A program made the position numbers and the translations under genes. DNA of 64,000 nt, taken from NCBI GenBank assembly GCA_964455665.1, contig CAYVYL010000002.1:2140-66139 (forward strand). Direction: 5' to 3'. Below are positions 19,018 through 31,031 of the stretch, in pieces. The notes below the pieces were generated by a model. It saw nothing but the letters and a program-made list of their open reading frames with translations, searched no databases and was not told the origin of the DNA. The DNA comes from an uncultured Verrucomicrobiota bacterium (GTDB lineage: Bacteria > Verrucomicrobiota > Kiritimatiellia > Kiritimatiellales > Tichowtungiaceae). Position 1 is the stretch's first letter. Each line of letters opens with the position of its first letter.

Positions 19018-21156
19018 CTAGTAGCGGTTTAAAATAGTCTCCTGCATTGAATCAGGGACCGCTTCAAAACTCTGCGGCTCCATCGTGTAACTGGCCCGTC
19101 CTTTGGTCAGAGAGCGCAGCGAAGTGGCGTAACCGAACATTTCGGCCAACGGCACATCCACATGCACGATCTGCACCGCATCGCGGGCCTCGATCTCACG
19201 GATCCGTCCGCGGCGACCGTTCAAATCGTTCATCACATCGCCCAGATGCTCCTCCGGCGCGATAATTTCCAGTTTCATGATCGGCTCAAGCAACGTCGGG
19301 GTCGAATTGCCAACCGCATCGCGCAGCGCCATCACGGCGGCCGTGCGGAATGCCATTTCGGACGAATCGACCGGATGCGCTTCTCCACCGGTTACCTTCA
19401 CATCCACATCCACCAGCGGGTAGTTGCCCAGCACGCCGGTCATCAGCGCGTCGGAAAGCCCCTGCTTGATCGGCAGGTGAAATTCTGCCGGGATCACTTC
19501 TTTGGGAATACTCAAATTAACTAGATTGCCCTCGCCTCGCGGACGTGGAGAAACCTCAACAACCAGTTTTGCAAAATGACCGCGGCCACCGATTTCACGC
19601 TCAAAGGTATAGGTGCCGATTCCGGCCTGCTGTGCGGTTTCGCGGTAAGCCACCACCGGCTTGCCGGCATTCGCCTGCACCTTAAACTCACGCAGGATGC
19701 GATCCTTAATAATTTCAAGATGTAGCTCACCCATTCCGTTGATGATAGTCTGGCCGGTGTCTTCGTTCATCGTCACGCGGAAGGTGGGATCCTCTTCGGT
19801 CATCGACTGAAGCGCGGCGGTCAGCGAATCGCGGTCGGCCTGGGTTTTCGGTTCAATCGCCATGGCGATGACCGGTTCAGGAAATTCAATTCTCTCTAGC
19901 ACGATGGGAGAATTTTCGGCGCAAAGAGTATCGCCGGTAGTAAACTGTTTCAGCCCAGAGATTGCGCCGATCTCGCCGGAGTAAAGGATTTCGACATCCT
20001 CACGGCTATTGGCGTGCAAACGGAGAATCCGTGAAATTTTTTCACGTTTGCGAGTGCGCGGGTTAAATACATTCTGGCGTTTTTCAAGTTTGCCGGAATA
20101 AATACGCACAAACACCAGTTTTCCGACAAACGGATCAGTAGCCATTTTGAAAGCCAACGCGCTAAGCGGCTCAAAGTCGCCGGCTTCACGGGTTTCTACA
20201 GCCTCGGTCTTCGGGTGGATTCCCGTCACCGCCGGCACATCGACCGGAGAAGGTAGGTAATCGACCACGGCGTCGAGCAACGGCTGAACGCCTTTATTCT
20301 TGAGCGAAGAACCGCAGAGAACCGGAACCATTGCGCCGGCAATGGTTGCACGGCGAATGCCAGCAACCAGCAGTTCGGCAGAAACATCCGAGCTTTCCAT
20401 GTAGGCTTCAAGAAGCGCTTCATCCACCTCGGCGGCTTTTTCGACCAACTCGGCACGGTACTTTTCAGCATCCGCGGCCAACTCTTCGGGAATGGCTATT
20501 TCTTCCACATCGCTTCCGAGGGTTTCCTCTTTAAAGCGGAAGGCTTTCATCAAAATCAGGTCGATCACGCCTTCGAAGGTTTCAGAAGCGCCGATTGGAA
20601 GCTGAACGGGAACGGCGGGTGCGGCCAGCTTTTCACGGAGCTGATGAACCACCGCATTAAAATCAGCGCCCATGCGGTCCATCTTGTTGACGAACGCGAG
20701 GCAAGGAACATTGTACTTTTTCGCCTGACGCCAAACGGTCTCAGACTGAGGTTGCACGCCCCCTACTCCGCAGAAAACCCCTACGGCGCCGTCGAGCACA
20801 CGAAGAGATCGTTCAACCTCCACGGTAAAGTCCACGTGGCCGGGAGTGTCAATGATGTTGATTTGCTGTTCGCGCCAGAAGCAGGTGGTCGCCGCGCTGG
20901 TGATGGTAATCCCGCGCTCCTGTTCCTGTTCCATCCAATCCATCACCGCGGTACCTTCATGCACCTCGCCGATTTTATAGACGCGCCCTGTGTAATAGAG
21001 AATGCGCTCAGTCGTCGTGGTTTTCCCCGCGTCGATATGAGCGATAATGCCGATGTTGCGGATCGTAGACAGACTACGACCGCGCGATGCATCTTCCCGT
21101 GGGGAAGGCACAACACCTTTCGCATTTTTTCCGTCTTTTTTCACAACAGTCGTCAT
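19018..21156 (-). CDS. fusA: Elongation factor G
   Basis: [33 protein letters not shown] and NKMD. The ATG at 21156 is preferred over the TTG at 21168. About 25 extra residues precede the G domain. Confidence 0.95.
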   Translation of the reverse strand: MTTVVKKDGKNAKGVVPSPREDASRGRSLSTIRNIGIIAHIDAGKTTTTERILYYTGRVYKIGEVHEGTAVMDWMEQEQERGITITSAATTCFWREQQINIIDTPGHVDFTVEVERSLRVLDGAVGVFCGVGGVQPQSETVWRQAKKYNVPCLAFVNKMDRMGADFNAVVHQLREKLAAPAVPVQLPIGASETFEGVIDLILMKAFRFKEETLGSDVEEIAIPEELAADAEKYRAELVEKAAEVDEALLEAYMESSDVSAELLVAGIRRATIAGAMVPVLCGSSLKNKGVQPLLDAVVDYLPSPVDVPAVTGIHPKTEAVETREAGDFEPLSALAFKMATDPFVGKLVFVRIYSGKLEKRQNVFNPRTRKREKISRILRLHANSREDVEILYSGEIGAISGLKQFTTGDTLCAENSPIVLERIEFPEPVIAMAIEPKTQADRDSLTAALQSMTEEDPTFRVTMNEDTGQTIINGMGELHLEIIKDRILREFKVQANAGKPVVAYRETAQQAGIGTYTFEREIGGRGHFAKLVVEVSPRPRGEGNLVNLSIPKEVIPAEFHLPIKQGLSDALMTGVLGNYPLVDVDVKVTGGEAHPVDSSEMAFRTAAVMALRDAVGNSTPTLLEPIMKLEIIAPEEHLGDVMNDLNGRRGRIREIEARDAVQIVHVDVPLAEMFGYATSLRSLTKGRASYTMEPQSFEAVPDSMQETILNRY

Positions 21157-21198
21157 TTCTAATCTCAAAGAACAAGGGTTGGGACCAGCAGTCCCGAA

Positions 21199-21672
21199 TT
21201 ACCAGCGGTAATGAGCGAACGCCTTGTTCGCCTGAGCCATTTTGTGCGTATCGTCCCGCTTTTTAACTGCAGAACCCTGATTGTTATATGCATCAAGCAA
21301 CTCAATCGCCAACGCGCGGCGCATGGGAACTCCGCGGCGGGTTTTAGAATACTGAATCAGCCAGCGGCAGGCCAGTGCGGTCTGACGTTTCGGGCCCACT
21401 TCAATCGGAACCTGATAAGTCGCACCACCGACACGCTTGGATTTCACTTCCAACTTCGGTTTGATGCTTTCGATCGCACGGGAGAAAACCGTCAACGGAT
21501 TTTCGTCCGGCAGTTTGCTCTGAATGTCTTCGAGTGCCCCATACACGATAGAAGCGGCGGTCGCTTTTTTGCCTTTGCCCATAATGGCATTGATCATATA
21601 AGCGATCAGCTCGCTGTTATAGCGGGGATCGGGAGTTACGGTACGTTTTACTGCTGCGCGTCTTCTAGCCAT
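21199..21672 (-). CDS. rpsG: 30S ribosomal protein S7
   Basis: 157 aa, MARRRAAVKR..PDPRY...ending in AFAHYRW. Confidence 0.96.
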   Translation of the reverse strand: MARRRAAVKRTVTPDPRYNSELIAYMINAIMGKGKKATAASIVYGALEDIQSKLPDENPLTVFSRAIESIKPKLEVKSKRVGGATYQVPIEVGPKRQTALACRWLIQYSKTRRGVPMRRALAIELLDAYNNQGSAVKKRDDTHKMAQANKAFAHYRW

Positions 21673-21688
21673 GATTCAAAAACTTTCC

Positions 21689-22063
21689 TTAAGCCTTCGG
21701 TTTCTTAGCGCCGTATTTCGAGCGCCCCTGTCTGCGTCCGTCCACACCGAGACAGTCCAGCGCACCACGAATAATGTGGTAGCGAACACCCGGCAAGTCC
21801 TTTACACGTCCACCGCGAACCAGCACCATGCTGTGTTCCTGTAAATTATGTCCCTCACCCGGGATGTAGGCATTGATTTCGCGACCATTGGTCAGACGGA
21901 CACGCGCCACTTTCCGCAACGCGGAGTTCGGCTTCTTCGGAGTCATCGTCTTTACCAAAAGACAAACACCGCGGCGCTGCGGACATGCTGTCAACGCGGG
22001 ACATTTCTTCTTCTTCTTAATCGGTGTACGTGGTTTTCTAACCAACTGATTCACTGTAGGCAT
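21689..22063 (-). CDS. rpsL: 30S ribosomal protein S12
   Basis: [13 protein letters not shown]-terminus and [10 protein letters not shown] motif. The upstream ORF extension was rejected. Confidence 0.96.
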   Translation of the reverse strand: MPTVNQLVRKPRTPIKKKKKCPALTACPQRRGVCLLVKTMTPKKPNSALRKVARVRLTNGREINAYIPGEGHNLQEHSMVLVRGGRVKDLPGVRYHIIRGALDCLGVDGRRQGRSKYGAKKPKA

Positions 22064-22096
22064 AAAATATTCCTTCCACTCAAAAACAAGCGGCAG

Positions 22097-22125
22097 ATAG
22101 TATGTCTCCCCTGCCCGTCCCGCAA
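22097..22125 (-). promoter_or_regulatory. Sigma70-like promoter candidate of the rpsL-rpsG-fusA-S10 transcription unit
   Basis: Minus strand reads TTGCGG (22120-22125), a 17-nt spacer, then TACTAT (22097-22102). An A/T-rich tract lies upstream (22126-22160). Confidence 0.5.
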
Positions 22126-22265
22126 GCATTTCATTCATTTTTTTATCATTTTTTTATTTCGTCCCACTGAATGCTGTTCCGATCAAGCCTGTATTGAAAA
22201 AACTCAACTCTGCCCGAACCAAGAAATCCGGATTTTCAATCGTTGGAGAAAAGCGGACCAGAAAC

Positions 22266-22296
22266 TTCCAAGGGTTGGAAGCCTATTGCAATAGGC
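22266..22296. repeat. Composite repeat: TTCCAAGGGTTGGAA followed by palindrome GCCTATTGCAATAGGC
   Basis: Both sub-elements are perfect palindromes. The same pair, on the opposite strand, occurs at 36654-36681 and 42616-42643. Confidence 0.8.
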
Positions 22297-22308
22297 ACGT
22301 ACAAATTC

Positions 22309-22350
22309 TTCCACTGTTTGGGAAAACAGCCGCCCGTCGCGACTCGGACA
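22309..22350. repeat. Direct repeat unit 1: TTCCACTGTTTGGGAAAACAG-N6-GTCGCGACTC
   Basis: Closely matches 22764-22804 (TCCACGGATTGGAAAAACAG-N6-GTCGCGACTC), about 450 nt away in the same spacer. Confidence 0.7.
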
Positions 22351-22763
22351 TCACCCCAGTGCCACCTCATTAAATTTTCAAAGATTAAATGATGAAATAA
22401 CAGGACTGACACTGCTCTCACTGCCCTCCAACACTTGCTCCACTTGCCCTGTAACCGTTCCGTTCGTACTCTAGATCGCAGCCCGGCTCCAACTACCGTT
22501 CCCAGCTTATCAATGTCAGCAAAAGGGTTTTGAAGCGTTATGAGCGTACAACCACACAAGCAGGACAATACCGCAAACAAAACCATTATCATCGTCAGAT
22601 ATATTTTTTCACAATGCTTCCAAGTTTTAGGGGTGATTCAAAAATTAAAAAACGGAGCAGTCCGTCCAATTCGTCATTGTGTTTTTCATCATCCATATAA
22701 CACCTTTTTTGAAAAAAAAGTATGCCAAAAATTCCAACCATTGGGAAAGCCAGGCCAAAAAAA

Positions 22764-22819
22764 TCCACGGATTGGAAAAACAGGTAACTGTCGCGACTCA
22801 CAACTTTCAAGGGTTGGAA
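22764..22819. repeat. Direct repeat unit 2, followed by TTTCAAGGGTTGGAA palindrome and an AAATCTGC extension
   Basis: See unit 1. 22805-22819 is a near-perfect family member, and GGAAAATCTGC resembles 42598-42610 and 36638-36650. A further TTCCAACCATTGGGAA lies upstream of this feature at 22732-22747. Confidence 0.7.
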
Positions 22820-22839
22820 AATCTGCAGAAAGGACGGGG

Positions 22840-22871
22840 CAAAAAAAAGCGCCCTGATTTCTCAGGACGCT
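22840..22871 (-). terminator. Rho-independent terminator after rpoC
   Basis: Minus-strand RNA AGCGUCCUGA-GAAA-UCAGGGCGCU (10-bp stem with one G-U), followed by U8. Confidence 0.85.
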
Positions 22872-22893
22872 CTTTCGCAACCGCTGTGGCGGT

Positions 22894-25800
22894 TTAGAGT
22901 TGGATGTTCGGAAGCGGAGCATCCTCTTTGGCGGCCAACAGGTCGCCTCCCAAAGCATCCTCTATACTGATCTCTTCGCCCAATTTGACCGGACGAATGT
23001 TTTTGTACATCGGGAATCCACTTCCCGCCGGGATGAGATGACCCATAATCACGTTTTCTTTGAACCCGCGAAGCTGATCGATCCGTCCGAGCGTTGCGGC
23101 CTGCGTGAGAACACGGGTGGTGTCCTGGAAGGAGGCTGCGGAAATAAAGCTTTCGGTGGCCAGAGCCGCTTTGGTGATCCCCAACAGAACCGGAGAGGCT
23201 TCCGCCGGACGGCGTCCCTCTTCCATGGCGTGCTGGTTGGTTTCCTGGAACTTCTGCTTTTCGACCTGTTCACCCCAGAGGAATTCGGTATCGCCCGGCT
23301 CGGTGATTTTGACCTTACGAAGCATCTGACGGACAATCACTTCGATGTGCTTGTCGTTAATTTCCACACCCTGGAGGCGGTAGACCGCCTGCACCTCATT
23401 GACGAGATATTCCTGAAGCTCCTGCGGTCCACAGACTTCGAGTAGTTCCTGTGGGACCACGGGACCTTCTGTGAGCTGCTGACCCTTTTGGACCATGTCG
23501 CCGCCGTAGACGATGACGTGTTTACTCATCGGGATGAGGTGTTCCTCTTCCGTTCCGGTCGCCAAGTCGCGAATGATGAGCTGGCGCTTCCCTTTGGCGA
23601 TTCCGCCAAGTTCAACAATCCCGTCAATTTTGGCGATTTCCGCAGCTTCTTTCGGGCGGCGGGCTTCAACGAGCTCGGCCACACGCGGCAGACCCCCGGT
23701 AATGTCTTTTGTACGGGACTGTTTGCGAGGCGTTTTGGCCAAGGTGGCACCGGCGGCGATTTTCTCTTTTTTCTGCACCATCACATGCGCGCCGGCCGGG
23801 ATGGAGTAGTAAGCGAGGGCTTTGCTGCTCTTGTCGGTGACGACGATCTGCGGGTGAAGGTCTTCTTTGTGTTCAAGCACAACCAGACCTTCAATACCGG
23901 TGGTTTCGTCTTTAGCTTTCTCGCAGGTGACGCCTACGATAAAGTCGTGGAAGTCGATAGAACCATCCTGCTCGGACAGAATCGGAACACTGTAGGGATC
24001 CCATGTGACAAAGGTTTCGCCCTTTTTGACAGAACCGCCGTCATCGACGCTGATCTCGGCGCCGATCACGGTGGAGTAGCGTTCGAGTTCGCGACCCTCT
24101 TTGTCGTAGGTGACCACATATCCGTTTTTGTTGAGGATGATGTTGTTGCCCGATTCCGTTTTAACGGTGCGAATGTTTTCATAACGAACGATACAGCTTT
24201 CCTTGGCAGAGATCTTCGGCTGTTTAAAGACAGAACTGGCTGTACCCCCGATATGGAAAGTACGCATGGTCAACTGTGTTCCCGGCTCACCAATGGACTG
24301 CGCGGCGATGATACCGACCGGTTCACCCAGACGGGCTTCCACGCCGGAGGCGAGGTTACGGCCGTAGCATTTGGCGCAGACACCGCGGCGCGATTCACAG
24401 GTGAGTACACTGCGGATGCGAACGGTTTCGATACTGACGAGTTCGATTTTCTTGGCCGCGTATTCGTCGATAATCTCGTTGGCGGCAACAATAATCTCGT
24501 TGGCATTGTATGGATCGCAGATATCGTCGCAGGCGGTACGGCCAATGATACGCGCGGCGAGGGAGACGAGTTCGTCGTCGCCATCGGTGATGGCGCTGAC
24601 TTCAATGCCGTTGAGGGTGTGACAGTCCTCTTCCATAATGATGATGTCGTGAGCAACATCGACCAGCTTACGGGTGAGGTAACCGGAGTCCGCGGTTTTA
24701 AGCGCGGTATCGGCCAGACCTTTACGGGCACCATGAGTCGAAATGAAATATTCGAGAACGGAGAGACCTTCGCGGAAGTTCGCGATAATCGGGCGTTCAA
24801 TAATCTCACCAGACGGCTTGGCCATCAGACCCCGCATACCGGCCAGCTGACGAATCTGCTGACGCGATCCACGGGCACCGGAGTCCACCATGATGAACAC
24901 GGGGTTGAGATCGCCTTTGGATTTAGCGTTGACGGGATCGTCGTTGCGTTCCAGCGAACTGAAGAGCTTGTTGGTCAGCTTGTCATTGGCATCGGTCCAT
25001 TGGTCAATGATCATGTTGTAACGCTCACCGTCGGTGATCAGACCTTTTTTGTATTTTTCTTCAACGACACGGATTTCCTTGCGGGCCTTGGCGATCAGCT
25101 CCTTTTTCTCCGGCGGAATGATCATGTCTGACAGACCGATCGAGATGCCGGCAGAGGTCGCGTTGGCAAAACCGAGGTCTTTGAGACGGTCGAGAACCAG
25201 TACGGTTTCATCGTGCCCTGCTTTTTCATAGCAGTGCTCAATCAGACCCCCGAGAACCTTTTTGGTTACACGGTCGTTGAAGAAGCCGAGACCTTCCGGC
25301 CAAACTTCATTAAAGAAGACACGGCCAACGGTGGTGACGATGGCGGACTTGTCCTGATCGCCGAATTTGGTTTCCACCTGATAGTCAGGATTGCGGTAGC
25401 GAATGCGGTCATGCGTGCGCAATGCCCCTTCATCGAATGCGGTGTGCACTTCATTGATGTCGGCGAGAAGCGGCAGGTGCTCCTGCTTTTCCTCAGCCCC
25501 TGCTTTGCGCAAGGCCAGCAAATGTCCCTGCGAGAAAGAGGTCATAAAGTAGATTCCCAGCGCGATGTCTTGCGTCGGTGTGGTGATCGGCTTTCCGCTC
25601 GACGGAGAGAACACGTTGTTCGGAGCCAGCATCAAACATTTCGACTCAACCTGCGCTTCCACAGAAAGCGGCACGTGAACAGCCATCTGGTCGCCGTCGA
25701 AGTCAGCATTATAGGCGGTACAGACCAGCGGATGAAGCTGGATCGCATTTCCTTCGATCAACTTCGGCTCAAAGGACTGAATGGATAGGCGGTGAAGCGT

Positions 25801-27087
25801 CGGCGCACGGTTGAGCATGACGGTGTGACCCTGGGTCACTTCGTCGAGGATATCCCACACGACTTCTTCTTCGCGCTCAATCATCTTTTTGGCGCTGCGC
25901 ACAGTATGCACAATGCCACGCTCTTTGAGCTTACGGATGATGAACGGCTCGAACAGTACGAGCGCCATTTTCTTCGGCAGTCCGCACTGATTAAGCTTAA
26001 GATTCGGCCCGACCACAATTACGGAACGACCGGAATAGTCGACACGTTTACCGAGCAAGTTCTGACGGAAACGACCCTGTTTCCCTTTGAGCATATCGCT
26101 GAGGGATTTGAGCGGACGGTTACCGGGGCCGCTGACAGCGCGGCCATGACGACCGTTGTCGAACAACGCATCGACCGACTGCTGCAGCATCCGTTTTTCG
26201 TTGCGGATGATGACTTCCGGCGTTTTCAGCGCCAACAGGGTTTTCAAACGGTTGTTGCGGTTGATGACACGACGGTAGAGGTCGTTCAAGTCAGAGGTGG
26301 CGAAACGACCGCCTTCGAGCGGAACGAGCGGGCGCAGATCCGGCGGAATGACCGGCAGCACTTCGAAGGTCATCCATTCGGGACGGGAGTGACTTTTAAC
26401 CAACCCTTCGATGACTTTCATCTGCTGAACCAGCTTTTTGCGGGTCATTTTACTGCGGGTGGCACCCAACGCGTCTTCGAGTTCACCCAGACGGACCGGC
26501 AGGTCAATTTGTTTGAGCAGTTCGCGAACCCCTTCCGCACCGATGCGGGCATCGAAGCTGCCGACACCATAGTTGTCGAGGGCTTCGCGGAATTCGAGCT
26601 CAGAGAGAAGCTGCTTCATTTTGAGCGGGGTCTCGCCGGGATCAACCACAACGTAGTCGTCGTAATAGATAATGTGCTCGAGGTTGCGCATAGTCATGTC
26701 CAGCAGGAGACTCATGCGGCTGGGCGTGGCTTTGAAGAACCAGATGTGGGAAACCGGAACGGCCAGCTCAATGTGAGCCATACGTTCGCGACGGACGCGT
26801 GAAAGGGTTACTTCCACTCCACAGCGGTCACAGATGACCCCTTTGTGCTTGATCCGCTTGTATTTTCCACACGAACATTCCCAGTCCTTGGACGGACCAA
26901 AGATGCGTTCGCAGAACAGTCCGCCCTTTTCAGGCTTGAAGGTTCTGTAGTTAATGGTTTCAGGGTTTTTAACTTCCCCGAAACTCCATGAGCGAATGTC
27001 TTCCGGCGAGGCCAGCTTGATGCTTGCCACATCAGTAACCTTTTCTTCTCCACCGCCGAGTATGTCTGCTGCGTTGCGTGTATCCAC
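22894..27087 (-). CDS. rpoC: DNA-directed RNA polymerase subunit beta'
   Basis: 1397 aa with NADFDGD catalytic motif and a Zn-binding CSCGKYK..C..CGVEV. GTG start at 27087 with AGGAGA 6 nt upstream. Confidence 0.97.
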   Translation of the reverse strand: MDTRNAADILGGGEEKVTDVASIKLASPEDIRSWSFGEVKNPETINYRTFKPEKGGLFCERIFGPSKDWECSCGKYKRIKHKGVICDRCGVEVTLSRVRRERMAHIELAVPVSHIWFFKATPSRMSLLLDMTMRNLEHIIYYDDYVVVDPGETPLKMKQLLSELEFREALDNYGVGSFDARIGAEGVRELLKQIDLPVRLGELEDALGATRSKMTRKKLVQQMKVIEGLVKSHSRPEWMTFEVLPVIPPDLRPLVPLEGGRFATSDLNDLYRRVINRNNRLKTLLALKTPEVIIRNEKRMLQQSVDALFDNGRHGRAVSGPGNRPLKSLSDMLKGKQGRFRQNLLGKRVDYSGRSVIVVGPNLKLNQCGLPKKMALVLFEPFIIRKLKERGIVHTVRSAKKMIEREEEVVWDILDEVTQGHTVMLNRAPTLHRLSIQSFEPKLIEGNAIQLHPLVCTAYNADFDGDQMAVHVPLSVEAQVESKCLMLAPNNVFSPSSGKPITTPTQDIALGIYFMTSFSQGHLLALRKAGAEEKQEHLPLLADINEVHTAFDEGALRTHDRIRYRNPDYQVETKFGDQDKSAIVTTVGRVFFNEVWPEGLGFFNDRVTKKVLGGLIEHCYEKAGHDETVLVLDRLKDLGFANATSAGISIGLSDMIIPPEKKELIAKARKEIRVVEEKYKKGLITDGERYNMIIDQWTDANDKLTNKLFSSLERNDDPVNAKSKGDLNPVFIMVDSGARGSRQQIRQLAGMRGLMAKPSGEIIERPIIANFREGLSVLEYFISTHGARKGLADTALKTADSGYLTRKLVDVAHDIIIMEEDCHTLNGIEVSAITDGDDELVSLAARIIGRTACDDICDPYNANEIIVAANEIIDEYAAKKIELVSIETVRIRSVLTCESRRGVCAKCYGRNLASGVEARLGEPVGIIAAQSIGEPGTQLTMRTFHIGGTASSVFKQPKISAKESCIVRYENIRTVKTESGNNIILNKNGYVVTYDKEGRELERYSTVIGAEISVDDGGSVKKGETFVTWDPYSVPILSEQDGSIDFHDFIVGVTCEKAKDETTGIEGLVVLEHKEDLHPQIVVTDKSSKALAYYSIPAGAHVMVQKKEKIAAGATLAKTPRKQSRTKDITGGLPRVAELVEARRPKEAAEIAKIDGIVELGGIAKGKRQLIIRDLATGTEEEHLIPMSKHVIVYGGDMVQKGQQLTEGPVVPQELLEVCGPQELQEYLVNEVQAVYRLQGVEINDKHIEVIVRQMLRKVKITEPGDTEFLWGEQVEKQKFQETNQHAMEEGRRPAEASPVLLGITKAALATESFISAASFQDTTRVLTQAATLGRIDQLRGFKENVIMGHLIPAGSGFPMYKNIRPVKLGEEISIEDALGGDLLAAKEDAPLPNIQL

Positions 27088-27107
27088 GATGATTCTCCTG
27101 TCAAAAA

Positions 27108-30100
27108 TTAAAGATGTCCCGGGAAGACGGCGTCTTCTTCGTCCGGTGACTTGACTTCGAAGTTCAAGCCGAGGCCCTGCAACTCTTTGATGAGCACGTT
27201 GAAGGATTCAGGACGACCAGCGTCCAGCACGTTTTGACCCTTCACAATGGATTCATAAATCCGCGTGCGTCCGGCAAGGTCGTCACTCTTCACGGTGAGC
27301 ACCTCCTGCAGGGCATACGCTGCTCCGTACGCTTCAAGCGCCCAGACCTCCATTTCCCCGAAGCGCTGTCCACCGTACTGGGCTTTACCACCCAACGGCT
27401 GCTGAGTAACCAGCGAGTACGGACCCACGGCGCGGGCATGGATTTTTTCGGTCACCAAATGGTGAAGCTTGAGCATGTAAATGGTTCCGACCACCACGCG
27501 CTGTTCAAAGGGCTCGCCGGTGCGCCCGTCGTAGAGCTCCGTCTTCCCGTCGGTTGAAAGCCCAGCATCACCCATCATCTGGCGAATTTCCGCTTCGGAA
27601 ATACCGTCGAAAATAGGAGTCGCAGCGTGAATGCCAAGGTGCTTACAGGCCCATCCAAGATGGGTCTCGAGCACCTGTCCCACGTTCATACGAGACGGCA
27701 CACCCAGCGGGTTGAGTACAATTTCCACCGGAGTTCCATCGGGGAGGAACGGCATATCTTCTTGAGGAAGAATACGCGAAATGACCCCTTTGTTACCGTG
27801 GCGTCCGGCCATTTTGTCACCGACCGAGAGCTTCTTCTTGCAGGCGACGTAAACTTTCACCTGTTTGATAATGCCTTCGTCGAGTTCCTCACCGCTGCCA
27901 GCGCGATCCATCGAGCGCTCTTTGTCGGCTTTGGCTTCGGAAAACTTATTACGGAAGTTATCGATGATGCTCATGATCTTGATCCGAATCGGACTCGGAT
28001 CAATTTCGATGTGCTGATAGTTTGCGGCCAGCTTGCGCAGAAGCGTTTTGGTGATTTTACGGTTGGCGGGGATAACGACATCACCCGTTTCCATATTCGT
28101 CACATCCAGCGGGATTTTTTCTCCGAGCAGGATGTTGCTCAAGGCTTCGGTCAAGTCTTCGGTCAGCTCGTTCATGGAGCTTTTGTAGCGATCCTCAATC
28201 TCTTTCTGGCGCTTCTTGACGTCGGCATCGACCTTTTTCTTGGGCGTTGCGGTCTCTTTGGCATGCTTATTTTTGGAGGAGACTTTAACGTCCATCACAA
28301 TGCCGCGGCATCCGCTGGTTGCCCGGAGCGAGGTATCACGCACGTCGGCGGCTTTTTCGCCGAAAATCGCACGGAGCAGACGCTCCTCAGGAGCGAGTTC
28401 GGTTTCGACTTTCGGGGTAATCTTACCAACGAGGATATCGCCGGGCTTGATTTCCGCACCAATTTCAATGATCCCTTCGTGGTTGAGGTTCTTGAGCGCC
28501 TCTTCGCCGACGTTGGGAATATCGCGGGTGATTTCTTCCGGGCCGAGTTTGGTATCACGAGCGCCGCACTCGAACACATCCACGTGAATGGAGGTGTAGA
28601 TGTCCTCTTTGACCAACTTTTCGCTGATCAAAATGGCATCCTCAAAGTTGTATCCACACCAAGGCATGAAGGCAACTGTCACATTGCGACCAAGGGAGAG
28701 TTCCCCCTGGTCCGTGGCCGGACCGTCAGCCAGAACCTGGCCGGTGGAAATTTTCTGGCCTTTTTCGACAATTGGCTTCTGGTTCAGGCAGGTTCCCGCG
28801 TTGGAACGCATGAACTTGCGCAGGAAGTATTCCCGGAAATCTTCTTTCGGCGTTTTCTTCGTCGGCACTTCACCGTCTTTAGAAACGATGATTTTCTCAG
28901 CCGAAACATACGCGATTTTCCCGGCGATTTCTGAAATCACCAATGCACGCGAGTCGCGGGCGAGTCGCTCTTCAATACCGGTTCCGACAAACGGACGCTC
29001 AGAGACCATCAGCGGAACAGCCTGGCGCTGCATGTTTGAACCCATGAGTGCGCGGTTGGCATCGTCATGCTCAAGGAACGGAATCAGCCCGGCGGCAATA
29101 CTCACCACCTGTTTGGGCGAGACGTCCATCAAATTGACTTCCAGCGGCTCGACTTCAATAAAGTCTCCGCGGGCACGAACCATCACGCGATCGTTCTGGA
29201 AAGTCCCGTCATCATTGAGCGGGGCGTTCGCCTGAGCGATCACAAAGGTTTCCTCTTTGTCGGCGGTCAGCCACTCGACGTTTTTGCTGACTTTACCTTT
29301 CAGAACTTTGCGGTACGGCGTAACGATGAACCCATATTCATTAATGCGGGCAAATGTACTCAGCGAAGAGATCAGACCGATGTTCGGACCCTCAGGGGTT
29401 TCAATCGGGCAGATGCGTCCGTAATGCGAGCTGTGAACGTCTCGTACTTCGAAACCGGCGCGGTCGCGGTTCAGTCCGCCCGGGCCAAGCGCCGAAAGAC
29501 GGCGTTTGTGAGTCAGCTCGGAAAGCGGATTGGTCTGGTCCATGAACTGGCTGAGCTGTGAACGGCCGAAGAAGTCCTTGATGACAGCGGACAGCGCCTT
29601 CGGGTTGATCAGCTTCTGCGAGGTCAGACGATCGACGGTTGTGTCGAAGATCGTCATGCGCTCTTTAACCAGACGCTGGATGCGCGCCAGACCGACACGA
29701 CACTGCCCTTCGAGCAGCTCCCCGACGGTGCGGATGCGGCGGCTTCCCAAATGGTCAATATCATCCAACATGCCGTTACCCTGACGGATATCGATCAGAT
29801 GACGAATCGCTTCCACGACATCCTCTTTATCGAGCGTCAGTGCGTTGGATTTCGTGTTGAGCTTCTGTTGCACTTTGTAGCGGCCGACGCGGCTGAGACT
29901 GAAACGGGTTTCGTCGAAGAAGAGTCGCTTGAGCATCTGGCGGGCCGAGGCGGTGGTCGGAGGATCGCCGGGGCGCAATTTCTGATAGAGATCTTTGAGC
30001 GCTTCGTCCACGGTGCGGGTGGTATCTTTCTGAATGGTTTTCAGGAAGAGACCTTCGTCCCATGAAACGTTGACGACTTCAACGGACTTGTAGCCGGCGA

Positions 30101-30893
30101 GCTTCATCCGCTCGATCATGTCGAGCGTCAGCGCATCATACTTGCGTCCGATGACGGACTGCGAGTCGCTGTCGATGGCATCGTCTTTAAGCACGAGATC
30201 GGTCAATTCGGATTCATCGCTAATCCGTTTTTTCAGCGAGAACTTCTCTACGTTGTAGTAGAGGTCCAGAATTTCCTCGTCGGTTCCGTATCCGAGCGCG
30301 CGCAGGAAGGTGGAGGCCAGGAATTTTCTGCGACGGCGTTTACGGTCGAGGTAAACATAGAGTAGTTCGGAGGTATCGAACTGGGTTTCCACCCAAGATC
30401 CATGATCCGGGATGATGCGGAAAGAGTACAGGAGCGATCCGTTCGCATGGGTGCTGCGTTCGAAGCAGATTCCCGGGGAACGGTGCAACTGAGAGACAAT
30501 GACGCGTTCGGCGCCGTTGATCACAAAACTACCGCGCTCGGTCATCAGCGGAATTTCACCCATAAAGAGAGTGTCCTCGCGGATGTCCTCGTTTTCACGC
30601 AGCCGGAAGGTGACATAAAGCGGAGCTGAGTAGGTCTCGCCTTCTTTCACACACTCAACGTACGACAGGCTCGGCTCCTTGATTTCGTAACTTACAAAAT
30701 CAAGCGCGATTTGACCGTCATAACTCTCAACGGGGAACGCCTCACTGAGAACCGCCTGCAAGCCGATTTTCTTACGACGTGATGGGGCGACCCCCTGCTG
30801 GAGGAAGTCCACATAGGAGTTTGTTTGAAGCTCAATCAGATCCGGAGCTTCGATTACATCAGTCAGTTTTCCAAAGTTTTTTCTTTCGGCCAT
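27108..30893 (-). CDS. rpoB: DNA-directed RNA polymerase subunit beta
   Basis: Conserved beta-subunit blocks ([23 protein letters not shown]). ATG at 30893 (MAERKNFGK) is preferred; the 42-codon upstream extension was rejected. Confidence 0.96.
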   Translation of the reverse strand: MAERKNFGKLTDVIEAPDLIELQTNSYVDFLQQGVAPSRRKKIGLQAVLSEAFPVESYDGQIALDFVSYEIKEPSLSYVECVKEGETYSAPLYVTFRLRENEDIREDTLFMGEIPLMTERGSFVINGAERVIVSQLHRSPGICFERSTHANGSLLYSFRIIPDHGSWVETQFDTSELLYVYLDRKRRRRKFLASTFLRALGYGTDEEILDLYYNVEKFSLKKRISDESELTDLVLKDDAIDSDSQSVIGRKYDALTLDMIERMKLAGYKSVEVVNVSWDEGLFLKTIQKDTTRTVDEALKDLYQKLRPGDPPTTASARQMLKRLFFDETRFSLSRVGRYKVQQKLNTKSNALTLDKEDVVEAIRHLIDIRQGNGMLDDIDHLGSRRIRTVGELLEGQCRVGLARIQRLVKERMTIFDTTVDRLTSQKLINPKALSAVIKDFFGRSQLSQFMDQTNPLSELTHKRRLSALGPGGLNRDRAGFEVRDVHSSHYGRICPIETPEGPNIGLISSLSTFARINEYGFIVTPYRKVLKGKVSKNVEWLTADKEETFVIAQANAPLNDDGTFQNDRVMVRARGDFIEVEPLEVNLMDVSPKQVVSIAAGLIPFLEHDDANRALMGSNMQRQAVPLMVSERPFVGTGIEERLARDSRALVISEIAGKIAYVSAEKIIVSKDGEVPTKKTPKEDFREYFLRKFMRSNAGTCLNQKPIVEKGQKISTGQVLADGPATDQGELSLGRNVTVAFMPWCGYNFEDAILISEKLVKEDIYTSIHVDVFECGARDTKLGPEEITRDIPNVGEEALKNLNHEGIIEIGAEIKPGDILVGKITPKVETELAPEERLLRAIFGEKAADVRDTSLRATSGCRGIVMDVKVSSKNKHAKETATPKKKVDADVKKRQKEIEDRYKSSMNELTEDLTEALSNILLGEKIPLDVTNMETGDVVIPANRKITKTLLRKLAANYQHIEIDPSPIRIKIMSIIDNFRNKFSEAKADKERSMDRAGSGEELDEGIIKQVKVYVACKKKLSVGDKMAGRHGNKGVISRILPQEDMPFLPDGTPVEIVLNPLGVPSRMNVGQVLETHLGWACKHLGIHAATPIFDGISEAEIRQMMGDAGLSTDGKTELYDGRTGEPFEQRVVVGTIYMLKLHHLVTEKIHARAVGPYSLVTQQPLGGKAQYGGQRFGEMEVWALEAYGAAYALQEVLTVKSDDLAGRTRIYESIVKGQNVLDAGRPESFNVLIKELQGLGLNFEVKSPDEEDAVFPGHL

Positions 30894-30985
30894 TCCACCA
30901 CCCCTAGGCTGTATATTGGGACGCATCGTGCCGGTAAACACTTTAAAAGTGAAGGCTCCGGACACACGAATATTACACGCGAAAG

Positions 30986-31011
30986 CTCCGGCGGAAAAAA
31001 TCCCGCCGGAA
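30986..31011 (-). promoter_or_regulatory. Hairpin in the rplL-rpoB spacer (possible attenuator)
   Basis: 8-bp GC-rich stem TCCGGCGG/CCGCCGGA with an 8-nt loop, and no clear U tract. In E. coli a partial terminator occupies the same spacer. Confidence 0.35.
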
Positions 31012-31031
31012 CCCATCACAAAAACCCGTCG

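Noticed and set aside
22236-22592. 118-aa minus-strand ORF with a lipobox-like LSCLCGC in the rpoC-rpsL spacer
   Set aside because: Most of its length is translated from the palindromic and direct-repeat elements (for example FQPLE from TTCCAA...TTGGAA). There is no RBS and no homologous pattern I recognise. It is kept only as something to test, not as a feature.
23488-28934. Long plus-strand ORFs of 547 aa (23488-25131), 336 aa (25792-26802) and 435 aa (27627-28934)
   Set aside because: They are antisense to rpoC and rpoB. Their compositions are dominated by V/D/G/F/H/R, with no recognisable domains. They are shadow ORFs of highly expressed GC-rich genes.
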